The notes under the pieces were generated by a model. The model worked only from the letters and a program-made list of their open reading frames with translations. It ran no database searches and was not told the origin of the DNA. From a virus (taxonomy: Duplodnaviria > Caudoviricetes), in IMG/VR virus record IMGVR_UViG_3300022178_000593, positions 1 through 48,007 of that record: DNA of 48,007 nt; one strand, written 5' to 3'. Each line of letters opens with the position of its first letter. Position 1 is the first letter of the stretch. The position numbers and the translations under genes were made by a program. Below are positions 29,974 to 39,048 of the stretch, piece by piece.

Positions 29974-29994
29974 AATTTTTCTCCCGAAAAATAA

Positions 29995-30053
29995 GTTCTA
30001 CTGTCTTGGCTTGTCTGCTAGGTCAGTCTGTAGAACAAGTTAATAAATCCTAG
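29995..30053 (-). ncRNA. Candidate structured cis-RNA (pseudoknot; possibly Mu-gpT-DE-like motif)
   Basis: Interleaved pairings CUAGG/CCUAG and GUUCUAC/GUAGAAC, between a TACAAT -10 box (30061-30066) and the next SD. Confidence 0.45.
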
Positions 30054-30080
30054 TCCTTCGATTGTATATTAGTTTGATCT

Positions 30081-30108
30081 AAAAAAAAAGGGAGCCGAAG
30101 CTCCCTTT
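30081..30108 (-). terminator. Intrinsic terminator after the major capsid gene
   Basis: GGGAGC-UUCG-GCUCCC followed by U9. Confidence 0.92.
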
Positions 30109-30124
30109 AAACAATCAGTTAAGA

Positions 30125-31033
30125 TTATGCACCTTGAGATGCAAACACTGCTCTTGGATTTGAGAATCCAAATGAGTATCTTTCTCTAGCTTTGAATCTG
30201 ACGTTGCCAGTATCAAAGTCACCTTCCATAGAAGTTGAAAGAGGAGATCTCTCGAAGTGTTTAAATCCATCAGGACAGTCTGTCAACAAGAACCACGCAT
30301 CGTTATCTGTTAAGAAGTTATTAACAGTGTACCCTTCGGATACCATGCCCATATTCTTAATAGAGTTGATGTCATTGTCAGATGTTCCTACTCTACCTGG
30401 TGTATTTAAAAGTCTATCAGCCACAAATTGTAGTTGTGGTGGTATTACTAATTTTTTACCTTGTAAAGCAATTACCATATTTCTGTCATCAACGAAAGTT
30501 GAAACTGAAATAATTGCATCTTCTAATGAAGTCTCGTTCAAGTCTGAATAAGTGCTAGGTCTATTACTTAATGTACCGCCACCTGTTAGTGGGTGATCAG
30601 TAGCAACAAGTGCCTTGCCATCTCCTCCAGTAAAGCTTGATGAGAATGCGTTGTTAAGCACAGAAGCAGCTTTCACTTGCTTTGTATGTGCCATGGATCT
30701 TGCTAGAGCTTTTGTGTATCGAGCTCCCAATCTGTCATACAGGTTATCTTCGATAGCCTCTTCAGTTAGTGCAAATGCTAACGCTATGGTTTCATGTGAA
30801 TACCTAGCAGTAAAACCTTCAGTAGCACTGTCAAATTCGACTCCTTGCCCTTCTGTTTTTACTTTAGCGTTACCGAAACCAACGATCATGGTTTCTTCTT
30901 CAAATGCTCTATCTGAGGATTCTGTCTCAAATATCTCTGCATGTTGTTGTTCGTACCTGTTGTATTCCATGCCAAATAAGGCATTTAAACCAGGCTCCAA
31001 TTCTTTAGCTAATTGTGCTCTTGAAATTGCCAT
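30125..31033 (-). CDS. Major capsid protein (Mu gpT-like, HK97 fold)
   Basis: MAISRAQLAKELEPGL, LVIPPQL and RFKARERYSFG motifs; follows the scaffold region and precedes a strong terminator. Confidence 0.88.
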   Translation of the reverse strand: MAISRAQLAKELEPGLNALFGMEYNRYEQQHAEIFETESSDRAFEEETMIVGFGNAKVKTEGQGVEFDSATEGFTARYSHETIALAFALTEEAIEDNLYDRLGARYTKALARSMAHTKQVKAASVLNNAFSSSFTGGDGKALVATDHPLTGGGTLSNRPSTYSDLNETSLEDAIISVSTFVDDRNMVIALQGKKLVIPPQLQFVADRLLNTPGRVGTSDNDINSIKNMGMVSEGYTVNNFLTDNDAWFLLTDCPDGFKHFERSPLSTSMEGDFDTGNVRFKARERYSFGFSNPRAVFASQGA

Positions 31034-31048
31034 TAGTTATACTCCTTA

Positions 31049-31633
31049 TTAAGCTAGACCTGCACCTTTTTGGCCGCAGATATGATTTTGAATAACAACT
31101 AAAACATTAGTGTTTGCCGAAGCAACGTCTGAATTTTCAGGATCTTCTGAAATATCAATCGCTTTGATCGGTAAACCTGCTGTTGTAGCACCTGTTGTGA
31201 CATCTAACTCTGCTCCTGAAATACCACTTAAGGTACTACCTGAGTTTGTGTAAACGATGTCAAAGTTACCAAACAGATCAGCCACTGGGAAAGTGTCGTC
31301 TGCTTGAATCTCGAAGACCACGTTGGGATCATCGACTATGAAAGCAATTATGTCTGAAGCATTTGTGCTTGCAGGGTAATAATTACTAAATACTTGTTCA
31401 CCCGAAGTAGGATCAGTGTAAGTACAGCCATTGAATACGCCAACAATCGGTACAGTTCCACCATCAGCATGTATTTCTACAGTACCTCCAGTTACCTGCA
31501 TTACCATATCTCCTTGGAAGATACTGGTTCCATAGTTAGCAGCGATTCTATAACGGCTTTGTCCACCCGAGTAAGGTGAACCACCCATCATTCTTACGGG
31601 TTTCATTCCAAATGAAGCATCTAAATTTGCCAT
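31049..31633 (-). CDS. Capsid cement/minor capsid protein
   Basis: MAN.DA.FG.KP, IFQGD.V and DDP.VVFEIQ motifs; directly upstream of the MCP. Confidence 0.6.
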   Translation of the reverse strand: MANLDASFGMKPVRMMGGSPYSGGQSRYRIAANYGTSIFQGDMVMQVTGGTVEIHADGGTVPIVGVFNGCTYTDPTSGEQVFSNYYPASTNASDIIAFIVDDPNVVFEIQADDTFPVADLFGNFDIVYTNSGSTLSGISGAELDVTTGATTAGLPIKAIDISEDPENSDVASANTNVLVVIQNHICGQKGAGLA

Positions 31634-31677
31634 TTTTTATGTTTCCTATAATTAAATTTATATATAGAGTTACAGAG

Positions 31678-32178
31678 TTATCCTCTGTTTCCTCCACCAA
31701 AAGTCACCTTTGATTTAACCTCTCTTGAGATTGGCATCGCTGGATTCTCTTCACGCATCAGGTCATTTTCTACAGCAGACATTTGATTATTGGTTTGTTG
31801 TTCAAAAAATTCATTTCTTTGATCTGCGATTTCTTTATCTATTTTGCACAGTATCAACCCACCAACTCCAATTACTCCTGCATGACGACCATCATCGACT
31901 GTAGGTAAATCATGAAATCCAGGTAATTCATCTGGTCTAACAACCTCAAATCCTTCACGAAATCTTTTTGAGACATTCGTTTTGTCATCTTGGCCCAGTA
32001 CAGATTCTCTGATCCAACGATAAGTAATACCTTGTGATTCAGCTACTTTAATAGCTTCGTCTGGTAGTTCTAACGCTGAAGGCATCTTCCAAACTTTAGG
32101 TCTGGCTTTTGTCTCTCTAGTATCAGAGTTTCTAGTAGCTCTGTTATCTTCAGTTTTATTATCTATTTCTTTGCTCAT
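31678..32178 (-). CDS. Head-module protein
   Basis: YRWIR, REG.E.V and VGGLILCK motifs; lies between scaffold and capsid genes. Confidence 0.55.
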   Translation of the reverse strand: MSKEIDNKTEDNRATRNSDTRETKARPKVWKMPSALELPDEAIKVAESQGITYRWIRESVLGQDDKTNVSKRFREGFEVVRPDELPGFHDLPTVDDGRHAGVIGVGGLILCKIDKEIADQRNEFFEQQTNNQMSAVENDLMREENPAMPISREVKSKVTFGGGNRG

Positions 32179-33170
32179 GATTTTTGTAACCTCGCTTTTT
32201 GTTTTGCGTAATCTTTAAATGACACTCCAAGCTTCTTAGCTAGTTGCTGTTCGCTCGGTGTCAACTCGATACGATTTTGTTTGCGTCCAGTCGATGTGTT
32301 GCGTGTAGCTGAAGCGACAGTTTGGACGGGTTTCTTGTCTGCTTCCACGTTAAATCTTTGAGGCAACTCTTGTCGCACTCGCTTATCTATTTCACTATAA
32401 TACTCATCACTCTCTGTGTCAAAGCCTTCATTCTCTAATTGTTTGTGAACTGCAAAGGCAACACTTGTTGCAACTTGATCTTTTCCAAACCAAGTATTCT
32501 TATTTGCCCATGTTCGAGCTTTGTCTGATGGTTCATTATATTCTTCTTGAATAGGTTGAGCTTGTTGATAAAACTGTTGTTGTTGAGCCTGTTCTATATA
32601 AGCTTGCTCTTGAGCATCGTATTGTTTTTGCTGTATTAAATACTGCTGATGTCTAGCTTTATCAGCTGTTGCCATGCTTAAAGCTTCTGTTGCTGTTGCT
32701 ATAGCTTCAGAATCTCCAGCTTCAGTTGCTTGTCTTAATGCTTGTTTTGATAAGCTAAGTTGAGATTCAACTCTATTACCAAACTCATCACCGTAACTAG
32801 ATTGAAAAGTTTTTTGAGACTGTCTTAGTTTTTCATTTTGATCTTTAAGATCTTTAGCATACTGAATGGCCATCAGCTCCCTTCTTTGAAACTCTTTGGC
32901 TTGTGCTACAGCTTTGTTAATTCTGTTTTGTGCAAGGGTAGCTCTCTTTTCTACCTCTGACTGATCCTTTGCTTTTTCTTCTACTTTAGGTGAAACTTCA
33001 AAGTCTTCTTGTATCTCATCTTCAGATGCTGCTGATACCTCTTCTTTAATTTCAACTTCTACAGGATTTTCTTGTACCTCATCTTCCACTCTCCTATTCT
33101 CTGGAAGTGCGGCCTTTTCAATTTTTTCATCTGTAATTTCTATATCTATATTCTGTGCTTCTTCGCTCAT
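32175..33170 (-). CDS. Capsid scaffolding protein
   Basis: Acidic N-terminus, coiled coil, W..KN.WFG, C-terminal AKKLGV...YAK helix. Confidence 0.7.
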   Translation of the reverse strand: MSEEAQNIDIEITDEKIEKAALPENRRVEDEVQENPVEVEIKEEVSAASEDEIQEDFEVSPKVEEKAKDQSEVEKRATLAQNRINKAVAQAKEFQRRELMAIQYAKDLKDQNEKLRQSQKTFQSSYGDEFGNRVESQLSLSKQALRQATEAGDSEAIATATEALSMATADKARHQQYLIQQKQYDAQEQAYIEQAQQQQFYQQAQPIQEEYNEPSDKARTWANKNTWFGKDQVATSVAFAVHKQLENEGFDTESDEYYSEIDKRVRQELPQRFNVEADKKPVQTVASATRNTSTGRKQNRIELTPSEQQLAKKLGVSFKDYAKQKARLQKS

Positions 33171-33179
33171 TCTTTACTC

Positions 33180-33674
33180 CTATAAAGATTTAATATCATC
33201 TGGATCAAGGATTGTCGCAATCACTTCATCATCGTTAATAATACGAACTTCGTTATCATCTTCTAATCTAAAACGAGTTCCTGCATATCTACCAATTAGA
33301 ATCCAATCTCCTTTATTACACCAAGGAGATCTTCTATCTGGCTCACCAAATTTATTATCTTTATAGGCTAATGGGCCTACTTTTAAAACATAGCAGATCA
33401 CTGTAGCCAAAGCTTCTTTATCTAAAGTTTCTTTAACTAGTTGAATACCACCATCAGTTTGACCTTTACCTCTGTATGGTAATACAAGTATTCTCCATCC
33501 AGTAGGATTTGGCATTCTGTCAAGTAGTGATTTATCTAGTAGTTTAGGATCGAGTACCCTTTCGTCTGATTTTATAAAAGCTTTGTCTAGTTCTGAATTT
33601 TCTTCAACTTTTTGTTTTGCAACATCTTCTTTGTGTTGTTCGAATTTTGTTTTTTTTGCGATTGTATCAACCAT
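33180..33674 (-). CDS. groES: Co-chaperonin GroES-like
   Basis: P.GWRILV, T.GGI.L, VLKVGP.AY, GD.I...RYAG and INDDEVIA motifs. Confidence 0.85.
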   Translation of the reverse strand: MVDTIAKKTKFEQHKEDVAKQKVEENSELDKAFIKSDERVLDPKLLDKSLLDRMPNPTGWRILVLPYRGKGQTDGGIQLVKETLDKEALATVICYVLKVGPLAYKDNKFGEPDRRSPWCNKGDWILIGRYAGTRFRLEDDNEVRIINDDEVIATILDPDDIKSL

Positions 33675-33861
33675 CGTTATCATCCATTTGCAGCGTTTCT
33701 CTTAAATCTTGTTGTAGGGAACGAATCGCTGATAACTCTCCCATAAGATATTTGTAATCTTCCATTGATTTTATATTGCCGCCAGCAATAATGTCAACAG
33801 TGTTTCTCTCTCTTTCTCGCAAAGTTTTAAAAAAATACTCTGCTAGTCTTATTCCGTCCAA
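33667..33861 (-). CDS. Small head-module protein
   Basis: 64 aa; EDYKYLMG motif; upstream of groES; SD present. Confidence 0.6.
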   Translation of the reverse strand: MDGIRLAEYFFKTLRERERNTVDIIAGGNIKSMEDYKYLMGELSAIRSLQQDLRETLQMDDNDG

Positions 33862-33896
33862 TTAGCTCTCTCCTAATTTTCAACTATTATTAAATT

Positions 33897-35765
33897 CTAC
33901 CTACCTCTTCTTCTTGGCATCATTGGCATTCTTGATTCTAAAGGCATTAACATTGGTTTGTTTGCCAAAGATAAATTTCTACTAGGCATAAAATCACGCG
34001 ATATAGACATTTGTCTATCCATTGAGTCTAATTCTTGTTGATCTAATCTCGGTAAATCTATTGGTGACATTGGCATAGGCGTTGCTATCGGAGCAGGCAT
34101 AGGCATCCTTGGTTGCATAGGCATAGGCATTGGATTAGGCATCATAGGCATTTCTTCAGGTAAAAAATCTGGAGTTGGAGGCATAATTCCTGGGCCAAAG
34201 CCAAAGTCTTGTGGAGGTAGTGGCACTTGAGGTATGGGTTGTTGGTTGCCAATCGCATCTACTCTAGGCCTTAACAAAGGATCATCGGCTGGTGATTGTA
34301 AGGGTGGAGGTGGTGTTATGGGTAAAGACACAGGCTCTTGTGTTCGTCTGTCTCTAGCTATTTGTCTAATTTCTCTGTCAATAGGACCAAGATTACTAAG
34401 ACCTGCGTCGTAACTATCGAGAATACTTTGTCCCATATTAGTAATGTCTATTGGGATTTCATTTGGTGGTAGTTTAGGTGGAAAGCCACCGCCAGCACCA
34501 CCGATTGATGGACGTGGAGTTGGTCTATATTCATTTTCATCAATAGGAATTTGATCTGCTATACGCATACCTTGTTGATTAGTGCCTTGATATTTATTTA
34601 TAAAATCTTGATTAAATGCATTACCAGCTACACCAGATACTTGCTCGTTAAAAGTTGGGCTACCTCCTAAAAAGGATACACCTTCATCTAATCTAGGATC
34701 TGGTACCCCACCTCTAGGTCCACCGATTGACATGAAATCATCACGTCCACGTCTAGTTGGTGCATTTATAATTTCTTTTAAGCTAGGCTGAGTAGGTATT
34801 GAACGCTGTGGTTCTTGTGGTATCGTGCCTCCTGCATCAGCTATTCTTTGATTTATTGCATCCATATCAATATTAGAAAAATCAAAATTAAATAAGTTTG
34901 GATTTTCCAAACCACTAATCATAGGACGATCTATCATCATGTTATCCATAGGTATATCCATAGGGGTTTCATCAACACTAGGATCCTCTACCATAATAGG
35001 AGGTTCTTCTCTACCAGTAAAAGGAGGCATTGGTGGCATTTTATTATGTGATACTACACCATCAACCATGTAGGTATGAGTATTAGAAGTAGTAAAGTTA
35101 TACACTTTTATAAAATCTTTTTTACTTTCAAGTTTTGTAACTTCTTCTACACCATCTTTAGTTATTAATTTATCACCTAGCTGTAATTCTTTAACCTCTA
35201 TTCCATAATCGTTATAAACTGTATTAGATAGTTTAGAGTTATTAGATTTCCACCCATCGTTAGTTAAGAAAGCATGAGCATCTGTAGCAGTTATTCTATC
35301 GTTTATAGTCCATAAACTTCTGTCAGCTTTCGGAATATCATGTACATAAGAAACTACATCTGTTTCACCATTTAGAGCTAATACTTCGTCTCCCATTGCA
35401 ATATTTTCAATAACTTTTTTAGTTCCATCAGCCATATCAATTTTAGTTCCTGCTACAAAACACATAATCGGAGGAGGAGTAATATCTCGAGGAGGCATTG
35501 GAGGTGGCCCAGGAATACTTCTTAATGGTGGCTGTGCTCTGAACATATCTCCAATAGGATCACCCATAGTATCTGTTGGCATGAAAGCCTGTTGTGGTTG
35601 CATGGGTGGTGTGTAACCTTCAGGAGTAAAATAAGCTGGGCCGCCTTGAACTAAGGTAGGTCTAGGTGCAGCAGGTCTAGCCATAGCTGATCCCATGCCT
35701 CCACCTGAATCTCTGCCAGGTATACCTTTTCTTGCTGACTTAACTAATTTACTAAAAAGTCCCAT
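33897..35765 (-). CDS. Pro/Met-rich low-complexity protein with embedded Hint domain
   Basis: CFVAGTKI...IENI..GD.V...T..H...VYNF...HTYMVDGVVSHN at 35462-35043. Confidence 0.8.
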   Translation of the reverse strand: MGLFSKLVKSARKGIPGRDSGGGMGSAMARPAAPRPTLVQGGPAYFTPEGYTPPMQPQQAFMPTDTMGDPIGDMFRAQPPLRSIPGPPPMPPRDITPPPIMCFVAGTKIDMADGTKKVIENIAMGDEVLALNGETDVVSYVHDIPKADRSLWTINDRITATDAHAFLTNDGWKSNNSKLSNTVYNDYGIEVKELQLGDKLITKDGVEEVTKLESKKDFIKVYNFTTSNTHTYMVDGVVSHNKMPPMPPFTGREEPPIMVEDPSVDETPMDIPMDNMMIDRPMISGLENPNLFNFDFSNIDMDAINQRIADAGGTIPQEPQRSIPTQPSLKEIINAPTRRGRDDFMSIGGPRGGVPDPRLDEGVSFLGGSPTFNEQVSGVAGNAFNQDFINKYQGTNQQGMRIADQIPIDENEYRPTPRPSIGGAGGGFPPKLPPNEIPIDITNMGQSILDSYDAGLSNLGPIDREIRQIARDRRTQEPVSLPITPPPPLQSPADDPLLRPRVDAIGNQQPIPQVPLPPQDFGFGPGIMPPTPDFLPEEMPMMPNPMPMPMQPRMPMPAPIATPMPMSPIDLPRLDQQELDSMDRQMSISRDFMPSRNLSLANKPMLMPLESRMPMMPRRRGR

Positions 35766-35932
35766 TAAGAAATTCCTTTAAACTTAGTACCTCTAAGAGC
35801 AGCACGGCCTCCTCTTGACTTGCCACCGCCATAACCTTGTGGTTGTGGAGCAGAGCCATTAGGAATCTTTTTAGGATCAGAGTAATTAACTGTCCCTTGA
35901 TCTTTAATCGTTACGCTTGATTTTACTTTCAT
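35765..35932 (-). CDS. Small basic protein (55 aa), not in ORF track
   Basis: MKVKSS...RGGRAALRGTKFKGIS; TAATG coupling. Confidence 0.7.
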   Translation of the reverse strand: MKVKSSVTIKDQGTVNYSDPKKIPNGSAPQPQGYGGGKSRGGRAALRGTKFKGIS

Positions 35933-35933
35933 A

Positions 35934-36074
35934 TTACTTTCCTTTTTTGGTTGACTTCTTTTTTGCTTTGCTTAAAGCAATAGCAATAGCAGTCTTTTGT
36001 TTCTTACCGCTTTTTACCAACTCTCCTATGTTAGCAGATATAGTCTTTCTACTGCTACCTTTTTTTAGTGGCAT
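35934..36074 (-). CDS. Small basic protein (46 aa), not in ORF track
   Basis: [34 protein letters not shown], a pattern common in phage head modules; fills the gap exactly. Confidence 0.75.
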   Translation of the reverse strand: MPLKKGSSRKTISANIGELVKSGKKQKTAIAIALSKAKKKSTKKGK

Positions 36075-36075
36075 T

Positions 36076-36360
36076 TTATTTCTTGTTCTTAGTTCCTGCT
36101 GGTCTGCCTCTTTTTTTAACTACGGTCTTAGCTTTAGGCTTAGACTTAGTTTTAGCTTTTGGCTTTTCTTTTTTAACTTTGACTGCGGTTTCTTTAAGGA
36201 GCTTCTCAGCATCTTTGTCTGCTTTCTTGGCGATTGCTTCGATGTCGATTTTTCTATCTGCATCTTCATTGATGATCGTCCCATTGCCATTGTTAATCTC
36301 CTCTTCTTTTTTAAGCTGTGCTTTATTAACAGCCTGCATTTTTTGTCTAACTGAACTCAT
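36076..36360 (-). CDS. Lys-rich protein with AT-hook-like KRGRP motif
   Basis: C-terminal KKRGRPAG. Confidence 0.6.
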   Translation of the reverse strand: MSSVRQKMQAVNKAQLKKEEEINNGNGTIINEDADRKIDIEAIAKKADKDAEKLLKETAVKVKKEKPKAKTKSKPKAKTVVKKRGRPAGTKNKK

Positions 36361-36362
36361 AA

Positions 36363-38822
36363 TTATCCTCTCATTATATCCATTGCTTTAAATTGTGCGG
36401 CTTGATCCATACGCTCTCTAGCTATGTCGTCCTTCATTGTAGCTATTTCTCTTTGAATTGCCAAACGCTGTTCTGCAAGGTTGGTATTCTCCATAGATTT
36501 CATAGCATCAAACTCTTGTCTTTGTGCAAATTCTTCACGTTTTCTTTGTACGTCATCAGCCTTAATGTCTAATTCCTTACCTCTTAGTTCTACCAAAGGA
36601 TCAGGTTGTGGTTGTGGTGGCATAAACATAGCATTGATCTGTTCTGTCAACTGAGCAACTACTGCTGCTATATCTTTAGCAACCTTGTCTTGTATCTGTT
36701 GCATGTATTGAGCAGATGCTTCGGGCGGTAACTGTTGTATCTGTTGCATCATTTGCTGGAACTCTGGATTCTGTGCATTCTGCTCATCAACTATTTCAGA
36801 TGCTCTAAAAGATACATGCTGATAAATATGTGACTGAATTAAAGATAGCACCATAGGATTAGCTTGAGCTGTCATAGTTCCATATAACGACATGTGAGAG
36901 TTAATATGTGCATCGTGATCTTGTCCTGCAAAAGCTTGAGCAGGCATACCTGCTATCAAAGCTGCATTCTCATTAGCAGGATCCATAGGCATAGGTTGTG
37001 GAGGTGGTGGTAATAGCTGTTCGATATTCTGAACACCCATAGCACCATACATTCTTCTGTATGCTTCATGTAATCCAGCAGGGCCATGTATTTCAGGATT
37101 GCTTTGTACTGTTCTCAGTATTTCTTGAGCCATCATAACTCTTTGACTCATAGAGAAAGTATTAGGATCTGATACAGGTAATACGTCTACTCTTTCATCA
37201 AAGTCTTGAGCTTTAATAGTTTGGTTGCCGTTAGCTGTAAAGTAAGGATAGTCTGGTGGTAAATACTCACTGAATACAGATGCTAGTATCTCAAACTCAA
37301 TCCTTTGAGATGAATGTAATCTTTTGTGGATCGCACTCATTACACGAGTGCCACGTTCTAATAAAGCAATCGTTGTTCCAACAGGAGCATTCTGATTACC
37401 ATCGCCAACTTGTGTATCAGCTATAGAAGCGAAACGCCTTCCACTGTCGACCAAGATACCCAGGAGAGAGAGTAGGGTTTGGCTTGGTTCCTTAAAAGGT
37501 AACGGTACAAAGGCATCTCGCAAACTTCCGCCAGGGGCATCCATGTCTCTGAACTCGCCAGGTTGTAGTGGCTGATCATCATTACGAATACGAATGCCTC
37601 GGGCTTTAAATCCAGCAGGTAAGTTCGATAGAGTACCTGAATCAATTAGCTGTCTTAGAATCGAAGTCGATGCTTTAGACAAGCCACCTATCATGTGAGT
37701 CAAACCAAAGCCGTAGAATCCTAGCCCTGGTAAGAATTTATAGTGAACAAAGTAGTTAATACGTCTCTTTAATTGATCTGTTTCTTTGTAGTTTCTACGT
37801 ATAGATAACACCTTATCATTGGCTATAGTAATGATATAAGGTAGTTTTATGCCTGTTGGCTCTCCTTCAGAGTCAAGTTCTTCGTAGCCTTCTAAATCTA
37901 ATTCAGTATGAACTTCATGAACTCTGCACGTATCATTGTCATCGTAACTAGGGCTAACGCCTTGAAGCTCATCTATTTCTTCTTGAACCTCATCAATATC
38001 GTCAGCTATCATACTACCTGTAGATATATCTACGTCACGATAAAAGCCCATTTGCTGTAATTTCTTAATATCATTCATTGACATATCAATGACATGCGTA
38101 ATTCTTGTAGCACTATGTAAGTCAGTGGCAGCGTAAGGTACGATTAAGTCCTCACTAGGTATAAACTTTGATACAGCTCTGCCTAGATTCTGATCGTAGT
38201 AAACTTTTCTAAACGCAGATCCCGACAAAGGTAGATAAAATAACATCTGATCTGTTTCAGAGTCATACTCTTTCATAACCTGCATAAGCTGGTAGTTCAT
38301 AAACTCTTGAACTCTCGAAGCTTGTTGCTCTGTTTCAGCATTAGCCATACCGATAACCTGAGTTTTCACAGGCCCTTGAGATGGTAGTAATTCGTTATAA
38401 GCCTGTGCTTGGAACTGAGTAACAGATTCTGCTAAAAGCGGGTGCATAACTCCAGAGGCACCCTCGAATGGTTGGGATCTTTCCTCGTACTTCATACCTA
38501 AGTATTCAAGTCCTTCTTTGTAAGTCTTCTCCCAGTCAGATCTGGATTCTTTATCAGAATCAATGTTGCCCATCAGATCATTAACAACACTGGTGAGTTC
38601 AGAAGAATCTAATTCTTCAGCTAAATTAGCATAAAAGTCTGTATCTTCTATGGGTGGTGTGGGAGCACCAAACATAATAGAGCCATCTTCCATTTCTTCA
38701 AAGCCTTCAAAGTCAGGATTCTCCTCTTCGATGTCAACTTCAATTTCCATTTCCTTTGAACGATCACGAACCTCTAGTTCTATTTGATCCTCAAAGGTAA
38801 TAGCCTTATCTATGTCTGCCAT
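36363..38822 (-). CDS. Portal protein
   Basis: 819 aa near terL; HPLLAE, LPLSGSAFRKVYYD, GFYGFGL, LRQL.D.GTL.N motifs and a long Gln-rich helical barrel. Confidence 0.9.
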   Translation of the reverse strand: MADIDKAITFEDQIELEVRDRSKEMEIEVDIEEENPDFEGFEEMEDGSIMFGAPTPPIEDTDFYANLAEELDSSELTSVVNDLMGNIDSDKESRSDWEKTYKEGLEYLGMKYEERSQPFEGASGVMHPLLAESVTQFQAQAYNELLPSQGPVKTQVIGMANAETEQQASRVQEFMNYQLMQVMKEYDSETDQMLFYLPLSGSAFRKVYYDQNLGRAVSKFIPSEDLIVPYAATDLHSATRITHVIDMSMNDIKKLQQMGFYRDVDISTGSMIADDIDEVQEEIDELQGVSPSYDDNDTCRVHEVHTELDLEGYEELDSEGEPTGIKLPYIITIANDKVLSIRRNYKETDQLKRRINYFVHYKFLPGLGFYGFGLTHMIGGLSKASTSILRQLIDSGTLSNLPAGFKARGIRIRNDDQPLQPGEFRDMDAPGGSLRDAFVPLPFKEPSQTLLSLLGILVDSGRRFASIADTQVGDGNQNAPVGTTIALLERGTRVMSAIHKRLHSSQRIEFEILASVFSEYLPPDYPYFTANGNQTIKAQDFDERVDVLPVSDPNTFSMSQRVMMAQEILRTVQSNPEIHGPAGLHEAYRRMYGAMGVQNIEQLLPPPPQPMPMDPANENAALIAGMPAQAFAGQDHDAHINSHMSLYGTMTAQANPMVLSLIQSHIYQHVSFRASEIVDEQNAQNPEFQQMMQQIQQLPPEASAQYMQQIQDKVAKDIAAVVAQLTEQINAMFMPPQPQPDPLVELRGKELDIKADDVQRKREEFAQRQEFDAMKSMENTNLAEQRLAIQREIATMKDDIARERMDQAAQFKAMDIMRG

Positions 38823-38823
38823 A

Positions 38824-39048
38824 CTATTTGCCTTTTGTTAGCTTCATATACTCTTTTTTCATTTCAAGTATTTCTTTAGATTCTTTGTTAATAGTTTTAC
38901 TAGTTAAATATGGAGAATCTTGTTGAAGTCTGTTTTCTGCGTTATAAATTTTAGTTTTTAGTTTATCAACTTTAGGGGCTTTAGCTTTTTTTGTAACTTT
39001 TTTTACAAGCTTGCTAATATGTTTAAGCCCCTGTCGTTTAATTACCAT
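38824..39048 (-). CDS. Small basic protein
   Basis: 74 aa, Lys-rich, coupled to its neighbours. Confidence 0.6.
   Translation of the reverse strand: MVIKRQGLKHISKLVKKVTKKAKAPKVDKLKTKIYNAENRLQQDSPYLTSKTINKESKEILEMKKEYMKLTKGK

Noticed and set aside
35043-35462. Canonical mobile intein
   Set aside because: The +1 residue is Lys and there is no homing endonuclease; treated as an intein-like Hint domain instead.
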